A program made the translations under genes and the position numbers. From NCBI GenBank assembly GCA_964016885.1, contig OZ024742.1, positions 315,332,001-315,396,000 on the forward strand: a stretch of DNA of 64,000 nt, read 5' to 3'. This document shows, in pieces, positions 12,527 to 26,279 of the stretch. Position 1 is the stretch's first letter. Each line of letters opens with the position of its first letter. The notes beneath the pieces were generated by a model. The model had not been told where the DNA came from and ran no database searches. It worked only from the letters and a program-made list of their open reading frames with translations. The stretch is from Eledone cirrhosa. Its lineage: Eukaryota.

Positions 12527-13416
12527 CTTTCTTTCTTTATTTGCCACAGGGGCGTACAAAAATGGAACATTACAAGATGTGACAGCGGGGGTTTTACATA
12601 AAAATAACTTTAACATTAATAAATAACAATAAACTATATATAATCAAATAACAATTGAAATCCCCAATAGGTGGGGAACGTTACTGCAGGGTTGTTTTAC
12701 ACCCCGTGGATAGAACAACCCTCAACACCAGGAACACGTCTTGTAGGTGTTCCTGTCTTCCCTCTGTTTATTTTCCTCAACCTACAGGTTTATATACAGA
12801 GAAGGCCCATTCACTCGGGCCAATTTCGCCACATTCACCCACCTTTCAGCGAATTTACTGGGGTGTAACACCTCTCTCTCCACTCTCACCTTTCTTCTGA
12901 AGTGGTACTTAAAGAAGGGGATAAGTTGTTGTCCGGAGAGAAGGGTTTTTGCCTTCAGTCCTTTAAACCTTGTCCACCATATTACCTCTTTCGCCATAGC
13001 CACCAGACAGAGGAAAACCGCCTCTCCTTCGTTCTTAAATGAAGGCGGTGGGGTGATCCTCACGATGGACTCGGCTGACAACTGGATGCGTCCCGCACGT
13101 GACAGTAGCTGTTCGACATAATTCCACAGGTCGGTCACCCCTGAGCACTGAACAATTGCGTGCAGAACGGTTTTGATGTCCTGCTCGCATCTTGGACAGG
13201 TCCTTTTGGCAGGCTCTGCCAGGGCATTCGTGCCTGTAGATTTTGTCTCGAACTGGTAGAGCTCCTCGGTAGCACTGCCAGGCCAGAGACCTCTGGAAGT
13301 TATCCATAGGCTCTGGACGGAAAGTCCTCCCGAACAGACTGGTCAGTTCGTCCTCCTCGATGCCTAGAGTTTCCCCGAGAACGTCGTCGCACTTATCCTC
13401 CACTAACAAGTCCAAC
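12527..13416 (-). mobile_element. Tx1 copy C, 5'-truncated (ORF2 C-terminus plus 3' UTR)
   Basis: Homologous to about 6626-7490; ends AATAAAGAAAGAAAG. Confidence 0.93.
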
Positions 13417-13573
13417 ATAGATATATAGATAGATAGATAGATAGATAGATACATACATACATGCATACATGCATACATACATGCATACATACATACATAC
13501 ATACATACATACATACATACATACATACATACATACATACATACATACATACATACATACATACATACATAGA
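13417..13573. repeat. (GATA)n followed by (CATA)n
   Basis: Tetranucleotide runs. Confidence 0.97.
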
Positions 13574-13574
13574 T

Positions 13575-13730
13575 CAGGATGGATTCAGTTGGAAACTGGT
13601 TAGACCATTTCTCACCAGAGTACTTGATATTTGGAGTAGCAGAGTAAGTTTATATGAAAGAGTCGGCAGCGCGACGACTGAGCTATTATCGTTTCAACAG
13701 CTAGATCCAGCCGTCCGGGTCACTACTCTT
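13575..13730 (-). mobile_element. Diverged PLE pseudo-LTR 3' fragment related to 33452 and 49112
   Basis: Shares CACCAGAGTACT..ATA.TT.G and the 3' half of a hammerhead (GAAACG...CGTC). Confidence 0.6.
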
Positions 13731-14188
13731 TAATATATATATATATAAGTTGCGTGGTGGGGGCGTGCGTGTGTGTGTGTGTGTGTGTGTGGCTCAGTAA
13801 TTGGTTTAACGGTAAATATGGATGATGTGAGAAGAATATGAGTGTTTTGGTTTGTTCTTGAGTAGTATAGAAAGTGCATGAGGTCGAGAGTATGGTTTAT
13901 ATCTGGCTTAGGTACGAGGTAGGCTTTAATTTTCTAAGTGGATTTAAATATGGGTTAGAACAATCAACAATGTAAGTCGCATATATATATATATATATAT
14001 ATATAGTTAGGGAAGCAGAAAATTGCTTATTGTGATGCAGTTCGTGGTTAAGAAAGCCAGTTTCATGGATGATTTCAACGTACGGTTAGGGGTAACTCCA
14101 CAAGTTTGTAAGAATTCCGTTCAATCTTGGAGTATAAAGTATAAAAGAGAAAACACACGTAAGCATTAAGAGAAGGATTTTATCCAGG

Positions 14189-14290
14189 TATTTATGACCG
14201 TTTTATTGGTAAGTGCAACCTTATATTGCTATACTGCAAATAGCAGCCACTCAATTATAATTGTTGTTCACAGTCCATATTTTCAAAATA
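14189..14290 (-). ncRNA. Hammerhead motif with UUGAAAA core, decayed copy (GAAA changed to AAAA)
   Basis: UAUU-UUGAAAA-long stem II-AAAA-CGGUCA-UA-AAUA. Confidence 0.55.
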
Positions 14291-14857
14291 GTGAGTAAGT
14301 TACTCTTGAAATAATTCTTAATATATAGAGAAAAACATTTATTTGGAATTGTATTTACTAGTATAGAGAGAGAGGAATCAGAAGGTGAGGGGACAAACGG
14401 AATAGTATAAAGAGAGAGGAAGGGGGAGAGTTAGAAAGTAGAGTGACAAACTGAGATGGAGGGAGGGGTAGAGGTGGAAGGATTCCTTGATCAGTTTTGA
14501 TAGCAGACTTCATGTCGTGGAATGTAGTGAGTTAAAGAGAATTAAATTGATCGTAGTGGGAGGGATGGATAGAGAGAGAGAGACAGGGGGAGATATTAAA
14601 GAGATAAATATATACATAAAAAATAAAGATAAAGATAAAAATGACAAAAATAAAAGCAAAGAAGGGGGGAGAGAAAGAAGAGAAGAAAAGATAGCCAAGA
14701 AGGGGAGGGAAGCAAGGAAGAAAACGAAGAAATAGAAGAGGAATGAGGGAGAAGAGGGGGATATAGGTATTGGTTTTGTGGGTAATTAAAAGGGTTTAGA
14801 TACAACAAGAGGGTATAAAGTCTAAGTATATGCAGTTTGTCAGTTGGTAGTAAGAGG

Positions 14858-15247
14858 TTAAGGGTTCGATTTGCACTTGTAGTGCAAAAACTTCTCTTTG
14901 AGTCTATGGTTACAATAAATTGATCTTTCGATTTTATTGTTGAGTAACTTATTCTTCGAACTCAAGATGTGGAACAGCTCAAGGTCGCATAATCGGCAGC
15001 TTCTCATACCACTCCGATATGGGGGCGCGTTTGATAATTTGTTCCACTTCAGGGTGTATTGATGGTTACTTTCCCTCAGTTGCCAGGTCTTGTTTGCAAG
15101 GGTAGTTACATAACGATGCTGGGAATGTTTCATTGCGTAACGGTGTGTATACCAACGGGCTTTAAATGTATTCCCAGTCGCTCCGATGTAATACCATTTC
15201 TGGTTGTCTGATTCCACTGTGCATTGGTAAACCAGGTTAGACTGCAT
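14858..15247 (-). CDS. PLE GIY-YIG endonuclease fragment
   Basis: LVYQC...YYIGATGNTFKARW..H...CRLCDLE...LLN. Confidence 0.9.
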   Translation of the reverse strand: MQSNLVYQCTVESDNQKWYYIGATGNTFKARWYTHRYAMKHSQHRYVTTLANKTWQLRESNHQYTLKWNKLSNAPPYRSGMRSCRLCDLELFHILSSKNKLLNNKIERSIYCNHRLKEKFLHYKCKSNP

Positions 15248-15317
15248 ACATTCATTATGTAATGGACAGGTTTCAGGTAGGTGGCAAATACAATTCCAAA
15301 TAAATGTTTTTCTCTAT

Positions 15318-15419
15318 AAATTTGAAAATTTGGACTGTGAACAACAATTATAATTGAGTGGCTGCTATTTGCAGTATAGCAATATAAGGTTGCACTTACC
15401 AATGAAACGGTCGTAAATA
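15318..15419 (+). ncRNA. Type I hammerhead with UUGAAAA core and long stem II; stem I 5' strand partly deleted
   Basis: UUGAAAA at 15322-28; UUGG...CCAA stem II; GAAA at 15404-07; ACGGUCGU stem III; GUA site at 15413-15. Confidence 0.6.
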
Positions 15420-15466
15420 CCTGGATAAAATCCTTCTCTTAATGCTTACCTGTGTTTTCTCTTTTA

Positions 15467-15898
<432 letters not shown>

Positions 15899-15908
15899 AT
15901 ATATATAT

Positions 15909-15959
<51 letters not shown>

Positions 15960-16319
15960 ACTAACATAACGTGTTTCATAATAGAGATGTATGTGAAAGC
16001 ACATATGATATGTTTATGCATAATAATCATGAAAGAGTCTCGCTATGAATATTTTAAGCTGTGCTCATGACACTGCTATCTCAGTAGCCGTGAGAATGTC
16101 AGCCACGTTTTCCTAGTTTTTATTTGCCATCGGTGACGCTCATTTACTTGGTACTGAGACAAGAATAAACTAACAATAACAAATGCTTTTCCACCGCATG
16201 AAAAATCAGCTGCGGGTGTTCTTTTACATATAGTGACGGCTAGGTTTAATTACCAGTAGCTGTAATTGTCTTATTCGTAATAGGGATGAATAAGAAGTCA
16301 TATACGATATGTTTATGTA

Positions 16320-16470
16320 TAATTGTTTCTACTTATGGCACAAGGCCACCAATTACCCAGTACATTACTGGTACTTCATTTTATCGACCCGTAAGGATGA
16401 AAGGCAAAGTTAACCTCGGCGCGATTTGAACTCAGAATGGCAAGGGGCATAACTCTATGCGTCAAGGCAT
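16320..16470 (-). mobile_element. tRNA-derived SINE with Meta-like core, partial
   Basis: TTTGCCTTTCATCCTTACGGG-TCGATAAAAT..AGTACCAG core and B-box GAGTTCAAATC. Confidence 0.85.
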
Positions 16471-18930
16471 ATGTTTATGTAAAATGTATGTTTGCAAGCA
16501 TCTCGCTGTGAACGTTTTGAGCTGTTATCACGTCACAGCTATCAGGGGAGGTCGGTGATATGTCCGGCCTGGTTTTGTGGGCCAGAGTGGAGGCTACGAT
16601 GTGGCGTGGGTATGGGTGTGTCGAAAGGAAGAAATTGGTAGATTGCGTGGCTTCAATCTATGTGTGTGTGACCACGTGGATGTCCCAGAATCTTATAAAG
16701 TTGATGTGTGCACACCGGTATGTGCACATATATATATATATATATATCCAACTTAAATCTGGACTACACATACACACGCGCGTGCGTGTGTGCGCGTGTG
16801 TGTGTCAATTCTATTATCTAATCCCCAAAGAATACCATTACTTATCCAATTCAGAGTGAATTCTTGATAACCGCCAAATCTTCAAACAGTTCACACATGT
16901 CACCATTTTTGTGATAAATACACATGTCTGATTTGCTGTATTTGCACTTCAGAAAACAGTGAGATTGTGCAGGGATTGATTAAATATGGCATATATTAGA
17001 TATATTCGGAAATGCATATCTAATCTTTCTTCAGTTCTACGTCGAAGTGCCTCAAGCTGACGAATTGAAAACGTCCAATAAGAGAAGCTGAACTGATTAG
17101 AATATTAATTTACTTCTTATACCCAGAGACATTTTCTATACGAAATAAAGCGTACTAGTAACTTTACTTAAGTAGTCTATAGATGTTTAATTCATCAGCC
17201 TTAAAGACAAACTTGGCTGTGGTCAGATTTTAATTTATTCTCATGAATGAAGTGGGGATAACTATATATCTTGAAACGATTTAACCCCACTTCGTCGTAA
17301 TAATTTACAAGAGATAAAATATTTGAAATTAATCTATATGCAATCTAAGGAAATAATTTACTTGAATTGTATTTCCACTGTTCCCTTTTCTAATCCTTGC
17401 TGACTATATTAACACATCACGCGTTAATGTCGTGGTTTCAATGTAGTAACGACATTGGCTGGGATTTTACTTTCTATAAATAGACATCGGTTAACGTGCC
17501 TTGTATCCGTCCTCAATAATTCAAATCAACATGTGATAAAATACAATCAACCAAACTTGTTTAATTTTGTAAGATGTATTTCATTTATGTCTAAAATTCT
17601 TACAAAGATTTTTTTTTTCTTTTGAGTTACAAAGTCTATTTTGTAAGATATATAATCCATTAAATCTACAGCAAAACCTAATTGATTCTTATTTCATCGA
17701 GGAAAGTCAAATTTATCTCCGACTGTTTTTCTATTAGGAACTTGTGCAGTGAAATTATATATGTAACTCTTGCAGTCTACCATTGCGCTGAAACTACTTC
17801 AATTGATTTTTTTTTTTTTTCTTTTTAGGAATTTCAGTTTGCTAGTTGATGAGATAAAAATACAACTGTGTCAACAGCAATTCAGCAATCTTGTATCTAA
17901 CGAAAAGCATTCAAAGCTGCCATTTTATAAAATATTGCTAGGAAAATAAACTCCAGGAGTTTAATATTTTCAAGATAAAATATATATCCAAAATACAGTT
18001 GTCTAGTCAAAATATTTTTTTCTTTTTAATGAGTTTTAGAGCTATTGACACATTGTGAATTTCTCCGCTCATTTTGTCACGTGTACGTCAGCTGAAACGC
18101 TCATTGTGGTCAACTATTAAATAATCACTCAACCTTACAGACATTGTCTCGCTCAACGTTTAGTGTTGTGAACATATTTTGTAATATTCTTTTTCTCATA
18201 ACTATATTTCCTTGGGTCTCTCAAATCTTTACCCTACAATAGTTTTAACTGAGAATTAACGTCACTGAGTTCTCGTACATAGAATGCTTGAAATAGCTAT
18301 TGAGTTAACTTTCATCTACATCATTAACTCATTAAAATATAAATAGTTTTGTTTGACTAATGTAAATTGCCTTTTGATTTCAAATCGTTTGCTTCCATTT
18401 GAAACTATTTGATTATTACTATTAGTACACAGCCTATTGTTTTACGAACGGAATGATATCCAGTTACTTCGACTAACTTTAACAAAGCTATGTCTGTGAA
18501 GAATTTGTGTGTGTGTTTATGTAAATATAGGCATATCACAGTTACACCAACTGGTGGTAAAGAACAGCTTTTCTTTCAAACATGCTATATTGAAAACATG
18601 ACCGTGCTTTTGTTCGATCATATTTTCTATTACGGATTTTTTGTATTTCCTTAGCGTTCCTAAATACATGTGCATATTAATGATTTCTAAGCCTTCTCGG
18701 CTTCATCTTTAAAGTGGCCATGCCACTGACGTTTATGTCAGGTACTTAACAGTGGTCATAAGTTGTTGCATCAGTTACACATCGACTACACTTTCCACAT
18801 GGTTAACTATGCAGAAGGAGCAATTGCAACACATTGTTGTACAGTACATTCAAACACAAATTAGAAACACATTAGTCAATAACACTATAATTCTATATAG
18901 AATCCAAAACAAAGCGAAAGCGAACAATTA

Positions 18931-21114
18931 CACTGGTCTGCGATGTTTTCAAGGTCTAACATATAATACATGATTTTAGGCCAGTTTTTTGCACTGAATC
19001 CAAAAATCATTTTACTCAATCAGATCAGGTTAATGAAATATTAGCACATTAAAAATATCCTAAATTCCGATCTATTTGTAGGTGAATAAAACGCAATATT
19101 GAAAATATTAGACTGATTTATTCACAGAAGGCTTACAAAATATTTTGAATAGATAGCAAGAAGTGTATAATGAACTAAGGAAGCTACTCATGGATGAATG
19201 GTCTCTTCAGGGACTTCCGTTTGTGCTGAGCAGACTGCGCATCCCTCTTTAGGCACCAGCAGTAGTCGGCCAGAAAGTTGACATCCCATCGGCCTTGATA
19301 GCGTTCCTACATAACACTGATATCTTGGTGAAAGCGCTCACCATGTTCTTCACTGAAGTCTCCACAATTCTCTGGAAAATAGTCCAGATGAGACCGGAGG
19401 AAGTGCATTTTCACTGACACGCGCGCACCAAGTTGGCGGAAATTCTCCATTAACTGATCAACCACCTTCTGATACTGGGAACTTCTATAGTTGCCAAGGA
19501 AGTTTGCAATGACTGACTTAAGGGACAACCAGGCAGAGAGTTCAGCAGGATTCAGTGCATCATCAAAACTAGTATCCTTGATGAATTCCCTTATTTGAGG
19601 ACCATCAAATATACCTGCCTTAATTTTCTCCATGCTTTTTCGTTGAAACTTCTGATGGAGGAAAGCAAATCCTCCACCTTCCCTGTCCAATGCCTTTACA
19701 AAGTTCTTCATGAGACCGAGTTTGATGTGGAGGGTTGGAAGCAATATCTTGCTCGGTTCAACCAGAGGATGGGACAAAACGTTGTGTGATCCAGGTTTTA
19801 ATCCTTGTCTTAATGGCCACTCTTGTCTGACATAATACTGGTCATCAGCACGGCTATCCCATAAGCACAGAAAGCATGGATACTTTGTGTAACCACCTTG
19901 AAGTCCTAGGATGCGTCCAACAACTTTAAGATCTCCACAGATCAACCATTTATGTTTCTGGTAGTTCAGAGCAGACAACAGACGTTCCATGCTTTTGTGG
20001 GATTCTTTCATTTCAACTGAGTGCCCAACAGGGATCGATGAAAACTTGTTTCCGATATTCAGAAGAACTACTTTGAAACTTCTGTTAGATGAGTCAATGA
20101 AAAGTCTCCATTCCATAGCAACATACTTCAGACCAAGTAATTCAATCAGGTCAGCAATAGACCAGTGAAGTAGACCAGTGAAGATGCTTCATCAAACATG
20201 AAGAATTTTCTAAATTCTCTCTTGCGGTCCCGATACCAATAGAATGTTGTTCCTGGTGCCAGTAGACGTTTCTCTCGAAGACGAGAACCCAGTAGCTGGG
20301 CAGACTCCTTCGAAAGGTTCAGGTCTCGTGTCAGGTCATTGAGTTCGGCTCGGGTCAAAGGCACCGGTTGGTCATCCTCTTCTGTATTCATCACACTTAG
20401 CTGTATCAATCATGTCACTAGATTCGGAATCAGAACTAGATTCCATGGTGACATTTGGCTCAGGAACAGGAAGATCGGGGCCATGGGGGACTGGCTTTAT
20501 GGCAGAAGGAACATCAGGGTATTGAACATGGTGCTTGTTCTTGCAATTGATGCCTTTTAGATTTGTCATGCAAAAGTAGCAGTCGGTAACGTGATCTTTC
20601 CCTTCCCTCCACACCATTGGGACACCAAATGGCATACTCTTCCTTTTCTTGTTCCTCCAATCCCGTAAGTTCTCTACACATGTTTTGCAGCAGATATGGG
20701 GAGCGAATAGCTTATCCTGGTCCCCTAGTTTGACTCCAAAGTACGCGTGATATGCCTTCTTCACAAAATCCGTGATTTTTGCTTGACGGTCTGGAAGAAC
20801 CACATGTCCGCAGATGTAACAGAACCTATTAGGATGGTTTTTACACTTCCGATCCATTTTTCTAGACCTGAAAAGAGAAATAAAAATAATTATTAAAGGT
20901 TACCCACGACCCGGTTTTGCAAAAGCAAAGCCCATAAACGCTTGGATTGCGATATTTTAGAAAAATATGCTGGAAAAGAAATAGACTATATCTTAGAAAC
21001 CAGACCTGACCCAGAAAAATAAACTGTATTTTTGAATTCTGCATGCAAAAAGGGTCCTAAATCATTTGGAAAATCCTTGACCTTTTTAAAAAAGTTTTGA
21101 AACGCAGACCAGTG
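18931..21114 (-). mobile_element. Chapaev3-type (CMC) DNA transposon with both ends intact
   Basis: TIRs CACTGGTCTGCG / CGCAGACCAGTG; 3-bp TTA TSD at 18928-30 and 21115-17; transposase inside. Confidence 0.85.
19195..20857 (-). pseudogene. Chapaev3-type transposase split into ORFs 20372-20857, 20146-20409 and 19307-20116, plus a tail after a stop
   Basis: CKNHPNRFCYICG, DHVTDCYFC, WRLFIDSS, CGDLK, LHIKLGLMK and HLDYFPEN.G.FSEEHGERFHQDI; splice acceptor ttttcag just upstream of the ATG. Confidence 0.85.
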
Positions 21115-22193
21115 TTATAGAGGCTCTACTAATATCAGAATATACACCAAAAATTAACACAGATTTATCATGCGTGAAACAATTATACTAACTGTCATGT
21201 TTCAACCGTTGAAAATTTTTTAATCAGTTTGGCCCCAAGTATTACTACTGCTAAGCACGTAAACATTTTAAAGAATTTAGAATATCAACCTACCACCAAA
21301 ACCTTCAGTTTTACTATTACCTTTGTTCCATGAATTCTATGTAAAATATTTAGAACATTTTTGACAGACACAAAAAACGCCTGTACAATTATTATAATAT
21401 ATATGTCACATTAGGTTTAATTGCATTTCATTTAATTCAATTTCCCATGGTTAATTATCGTTCCATTAAATTAATTTTGACGCAGATTACTTCGGTTTCT
21501 TTCAATTGAAACATAAATTCGAATCTTCTTAATTCATTAATAAATTCCAGCATTATGATTCATTTAGGTTCTGCTTTCATGCATATTTATATACTTTCTT
21601 GTCTTGGACTAAACTGTTTTTCAAATTTTCTTACATTTCTTCTTCTCTCGATTTTAAGCAAATATATCTAAATTGAGTTTAGCTAATCATCTCCAACTCG
21701 ATCCAAAATATACTGAATATATAACGTTTTCTACACACACGCACACACACACGCATACACATACACACACTCACACATACAGACACACAGACACACACAC
21801 ACACACACACACACACAGCGGTATACTTCCCTTTACGGAAACTATGGTAAATTTTACTGCAAGCATTTCCCTTGAGAGAAGAGTATGAAGCAAGTGAAAT
21901 CGTGGACAATGTTGATATTTCAATTGGTGTGTATCATACATGAGTGTGTGTCTGTGAAACATATACATACCAAGTCCGAACATAAATGAACCAAATTCCC
22001 ACTGTCACTGCCTCCATCTCTCCCGCTCTCCCCATCTCTCACTATTATGAACAATTGGGGGCGCATGCACTGGGCACCCGCGGCTGCGGCGGACAGAATA
22101 GCGAAGGCAGTTCCCCGGGGGATGGAGAGGACGACGCGCTAGAAGAGCCCTTCCAGTTCACGAGGCTAGAATTTCACTGTCTTTAGTGGAACG

Positions 22194-22223
22194 GCTACTT
22201 CTAGGCCTTTTGGCTAAGACCAA
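22194..22223 (+). pseudogene. U2 snRNA 5' fragment
   Basis: CTTCTaGGCCTTTTGGCTAAGAcCAA versus U2 CTTCTCGGCCTTTTGGCTAAGATCAA. Confidence 0.7.
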
Positions 22224-22271
22224 ATTAAATAAGTATAGTTAATTTTAAAATCTAAACCCCTGATACTTGCT

Positions 22272-22331
<60 letters not shown>

Positions 22332-22629
22332 TGTGCATGTAGGTATGTGTGTGTGTCTGTCTGTGTGTGTGTGCATGAATATATTTGTGCATGCGTCACT
22401 ATAAACATATTGAGCTAGATGTATCGTAGAAGATGACTGACATTTCTGATCTTCAATCTGCTTAATGTGGATTGAACTGAGACAAAACAACAACAATACA
22501 ATTAAGAGGAAAAATATTACTACGACAACCTGTAACAACTACACCTCCCCCAACATCAACAACAATATCAGAACCAATGCATCTAACTTTAGTGCAACTA
22601 CCAATTCCTTAATGACCAACAATAACAGC

Positions 22630-22990
22630 AATCATCATCATCATCATCCGGCGACCTCAGCCGAAATGGACTCAACAATTGATCTCCACGTGGGTCTGTC
22701 GTTCATTGCCATGCCAAGTCCTGGATTTCAATACCAGAATCTCTGGAGATGACATCGGGGTATGAGATCGTGTGCCCCTGTTATTAGTGACTGCTTGTGG
22801 TTTCCAAAGCACTAATGGGGACACAGTCTCGTAGGTGGCACGATGGCAGTGGTCAGCAAATCTTACTCTCCTTTTACGTACAACGACAGATATGCGTGGG
22901 AGGCCGGCATATATCTCTCTCAAAGGCAGATGTCGCCAGTTTATGTTCTGAAATCGTTGTAGCTACATATGTTGTATGTTAACACAATGA
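22630..22990 (-). mobile_element. RTE-like LINE 3' end with (GAT)n tail
   Basis: EIYAGLPRIS...RRVRFADHCHR...LVLWKP; tail at 22631-22648. Confidence 0.75.
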
Positions 22991-23154
22991 AATGGAACGC
23001 TGATGTATGTATTTGGGCAGATTTAAAGTTTATTATGGCATAGTCAGAGAGAGAAAACGAGCAAGTATCTATGACCTTTTTCACAACATCCATATGAAGA
23101 GCATAATATCTGAAACAAATGATGTTGTTATATGCAAATTGTGTAAAAAGGGCA

Positions 23155-23372
23155 GGGGATTGGTAGTATCGGTAAAGCGTCGGACACCATGCTTGGTGGC
23201 ATAGAGTTACGGTCCTTTACGTTCTGAGTTCAAATCACGATGAGGTTAACTTTGCCTTTCATCCTTACGGGGTCGATGAAATAAAGTATCAGTAACGCAC
23301 TGGGGTCGATATAATTGACTTTCCTCTCCCCCAAAATTGTTGGCCTTGTGCCTAAATCAGAAATCATTATTT
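23155..23372 (+). mobile_element. tRNA-derived SINE with Meta-like core, near full length
   Basis: A-box-like TGGTAGTATCGG, B-box GAGTTCAAATC, core, ATTATT tail. Confidence 0.9.
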
Positions 23373-23984
23373 ATGTATGTAAAACCAAGCTGATATGCTA
23401 AAACCACCCAAGTGAAATAAATCCATGGAAAACCAAAAGAAATTAATATTATAAACCTAACCAAATTTCAGAAACCTGGCTTTTAGAAAATACTTGCTTG
23501 GTAATCATGAACTAACTCGAATCGTAGAAAAACTTAAATATTATGGGTGATATGGATAGAGTAGCCGAGTCATGACAGGAAGTGAAACCCTCACCTGTAG
23601 ATTATGTTCGAAAAAACATATAGCAAGTGTGTATCCGTGGCTTTATAAGTTTTCCACAAACAGAAAGTCTACATCGAATTCAGCAAGCTATGGTAGAAAG
23701 GTTCACTGTTCACCTGCCAAATGTCAGAGCTAGTGAAAATATATGATATTTTCTAAAATATACAGTGACTGATCGGCCTGATTTGCATATTAGCAGACTG
23801 GCTGATCAGTCAAATCTGAATATTAGCAGATCCTCTGAACAGCCAGATTTTCATATCAGCAGCCTGGCCAGTCAGTTTCCTGTATACGAGCGATCAATGG
23901 CCGGCTTTGCCATATTCAAATAAAAACAAAAACACTTGGCTCTACATGGCTGAATACAATAAATGTAATCTGAGTTTTTCGAGT

Positions 23985-24150
23985 ATTAATAATTGTTTCT
24001 ATATTAGGCACAAGGCCAGCAATTACCCAGTACATTATTGGTACTTTGTTTTATCGACCCCGTAAGGATGAAAGGCAAAGTTAGTCTCGGCAGGATTTGA
24101 ACTCACATCGTAAAGGGACGTAACTATGCTGGAAAGCATGTCCGATCCTC
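23985..24150 (-). mobile_element. SINE of the same family
   Basis: Same core on the reverse strand. Confidence 0.85.
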
Positions 24151-24477
24151 TTCGATTCGTTTGCAATTATGTAAACTAGCTTCATTTTTAATGCCGTATC
24201 AATGGAATGAGCCCCTCATGCTTGCTCTTGTGTTTGCATGTAAACAGAACTGCAGAGACTAATGTTTCTGGGTATTACCCTTCATCGGTACAGTACGAAT
24301 CGAATATTATTATTAAGATTCGAAAAACTCAGATTACATTTATTGTATTCAGCCATGTAGAGCGAAATTTTTTTTTATTTTTTTTTATTTGTATATACAT
24401 ATATAGACACATATACACACACATACGCGCGCACACATATACACACACATACACACATATACACACACATACACATG

Positions 24478-24556
<79 letters not shown>

Positions 24557-24558
<2 letters not shown>

Positions 24559-24750
24559 CGAAGAAGGTATGGTAAGGAACCAGATGGACCATAACGCACC
24601 AGAGTACTCAATACTTAGGGTAGTAGAGTAGGTAATAGGAAAATGTTTAACCCCGACGGCAGAGATCAAGCCGTTTCGATGGCTATTTCTGGACTCCAGA
24701 AATAGCCGTTGAAACGGCTTGAGCTCTGCTGTCGGGGTTAAACAGTTTCC
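24557..24750. mobile_element. Fold-back PLE pseudo-LTR fragment (family of 49112) in (TA)n
   Basis: Palindrome centred at 24694; each arm holds the 3' half of the hammerhead. Confidence 0.82.
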
Positions 24751-26279
24751 TATATATATACACGCGCGTATAGATATGTCTATATTTCATGAAAATATTA
24801 CATTAAACATAATCGAATGCATTAATGGAAATCTTGTCAAATAGTATAACCTGTTAACCTTTCCCTTTTTACATTCATAAAACTTCAAAGCGATATCTAT
24901 CAAATTAAGGTAAGAAAAAGGAATATTAATTCCATAGCATTATAGACAAGTAAAGCATTTAGTAACGAAATTCTGGAAGGAATGATCATGCAAGGCAGTC
25001 TTCCCTGGTTGTGCTTGATCAGAGTTGACCGAGTGGGAAAGAGTAATAAACAACAAGCAGCATGAAACCCCTAGAGTGACGCCTTCTCTAGTGAATCATG
25101 CAGATGTACCATTCAAAAGAGTTGCAGTTTACTTGGCCCGATTCTTTTTTTTTTACCATATTTCTATCGAAGCACATTACCTTCAATTTTCAAATAATTT
25201 CGAAAATAAATATTTTGTACGGATTTAGTAATATAACTTTCTCATTTTTAAGTTGGTGTTTGGAACTAAGTTTAAAGTATCTTACGTAAAATTAGGATTA
25301 GAGATTTTTAGATAAATATAAACACTTTAAAACAAACTTTTTTTATCATAAAAGTAGGGTCGGTTTCAAGTGGTTTGTTAGCAAAAGAGTTAAATAAAAA
25401 GAAATATGCATAAACATATTCATTTGTAACACTGTTCGTCTCGTATTTCTGTTGTCGTTTCTTTTCTGTTTTTATGGGGATTATTATTTAAAGCAGTTTA
25501 ATGTTTGTTGCTGAACATTGTTTCCTTGTAGCGCCATATAATATGATGTATGTGGTAAAACAACATCTATCCATTTCACAGTCACAAGAGTGTTTTGTAT
25601 AGTTTAAAATAAAATATAATACAAAATATTGAATAACATTATTTTGCTGAAAGCAAAACCACTGGATGATCTATCTCAGAAATATAGAGAAATATTTGTG
25701 ACAATTTCTGAGAATGAACGTAGAAACTAGCCCAAACTGAATTAAGGATCATGAAAGGATCTTGAACAAAAGATTCGTTGCAACATCTGCACGACACAAT
25801 TTTTACGTGAACAAATTGCAACAAAAGTCTAACCACATTTATAATTTTACAGTTCCGTGACGTGTTGCACGTCTGGCTCTTCGTGAAAGGTTTCTATAAT
25901 ATAGTAAAAGAGGTGATGGCCTCAATCTTCGCTCAACTCTACTCCATCTCTGGAGAAAGTGACGCTGTTACAGGTCTCTCAGATCCCTTCTCGTGGTGCA
26001 ACAAAGCAAATTCCGAGAAAGAGACGGAGAGTTGAGTGACAAAAAGGACATATTTTTCTTTGTCCCCATTTTGTTTTGAATACATATTCTTTGAAAGATT
26101 AAGGGTAAAATATTACTCAATATTATAATACCTGATTACTCACACATTGAACAGATATTTATCATACATTACATTCAAATTATAGATTGTAAGTTTAAGG
26201 TTCAAGAAATATTTTTATTCTCTGAATACTGTTGTGAAACAAAGGTGCTGAAATTGCAAACCTCAAAGAAAAGATTGAA

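Noticed and set aside
17050-17095. CTGACGA followed by ATTG/CAAT stem
   Set aside because: No GAAA and no stem I or III.
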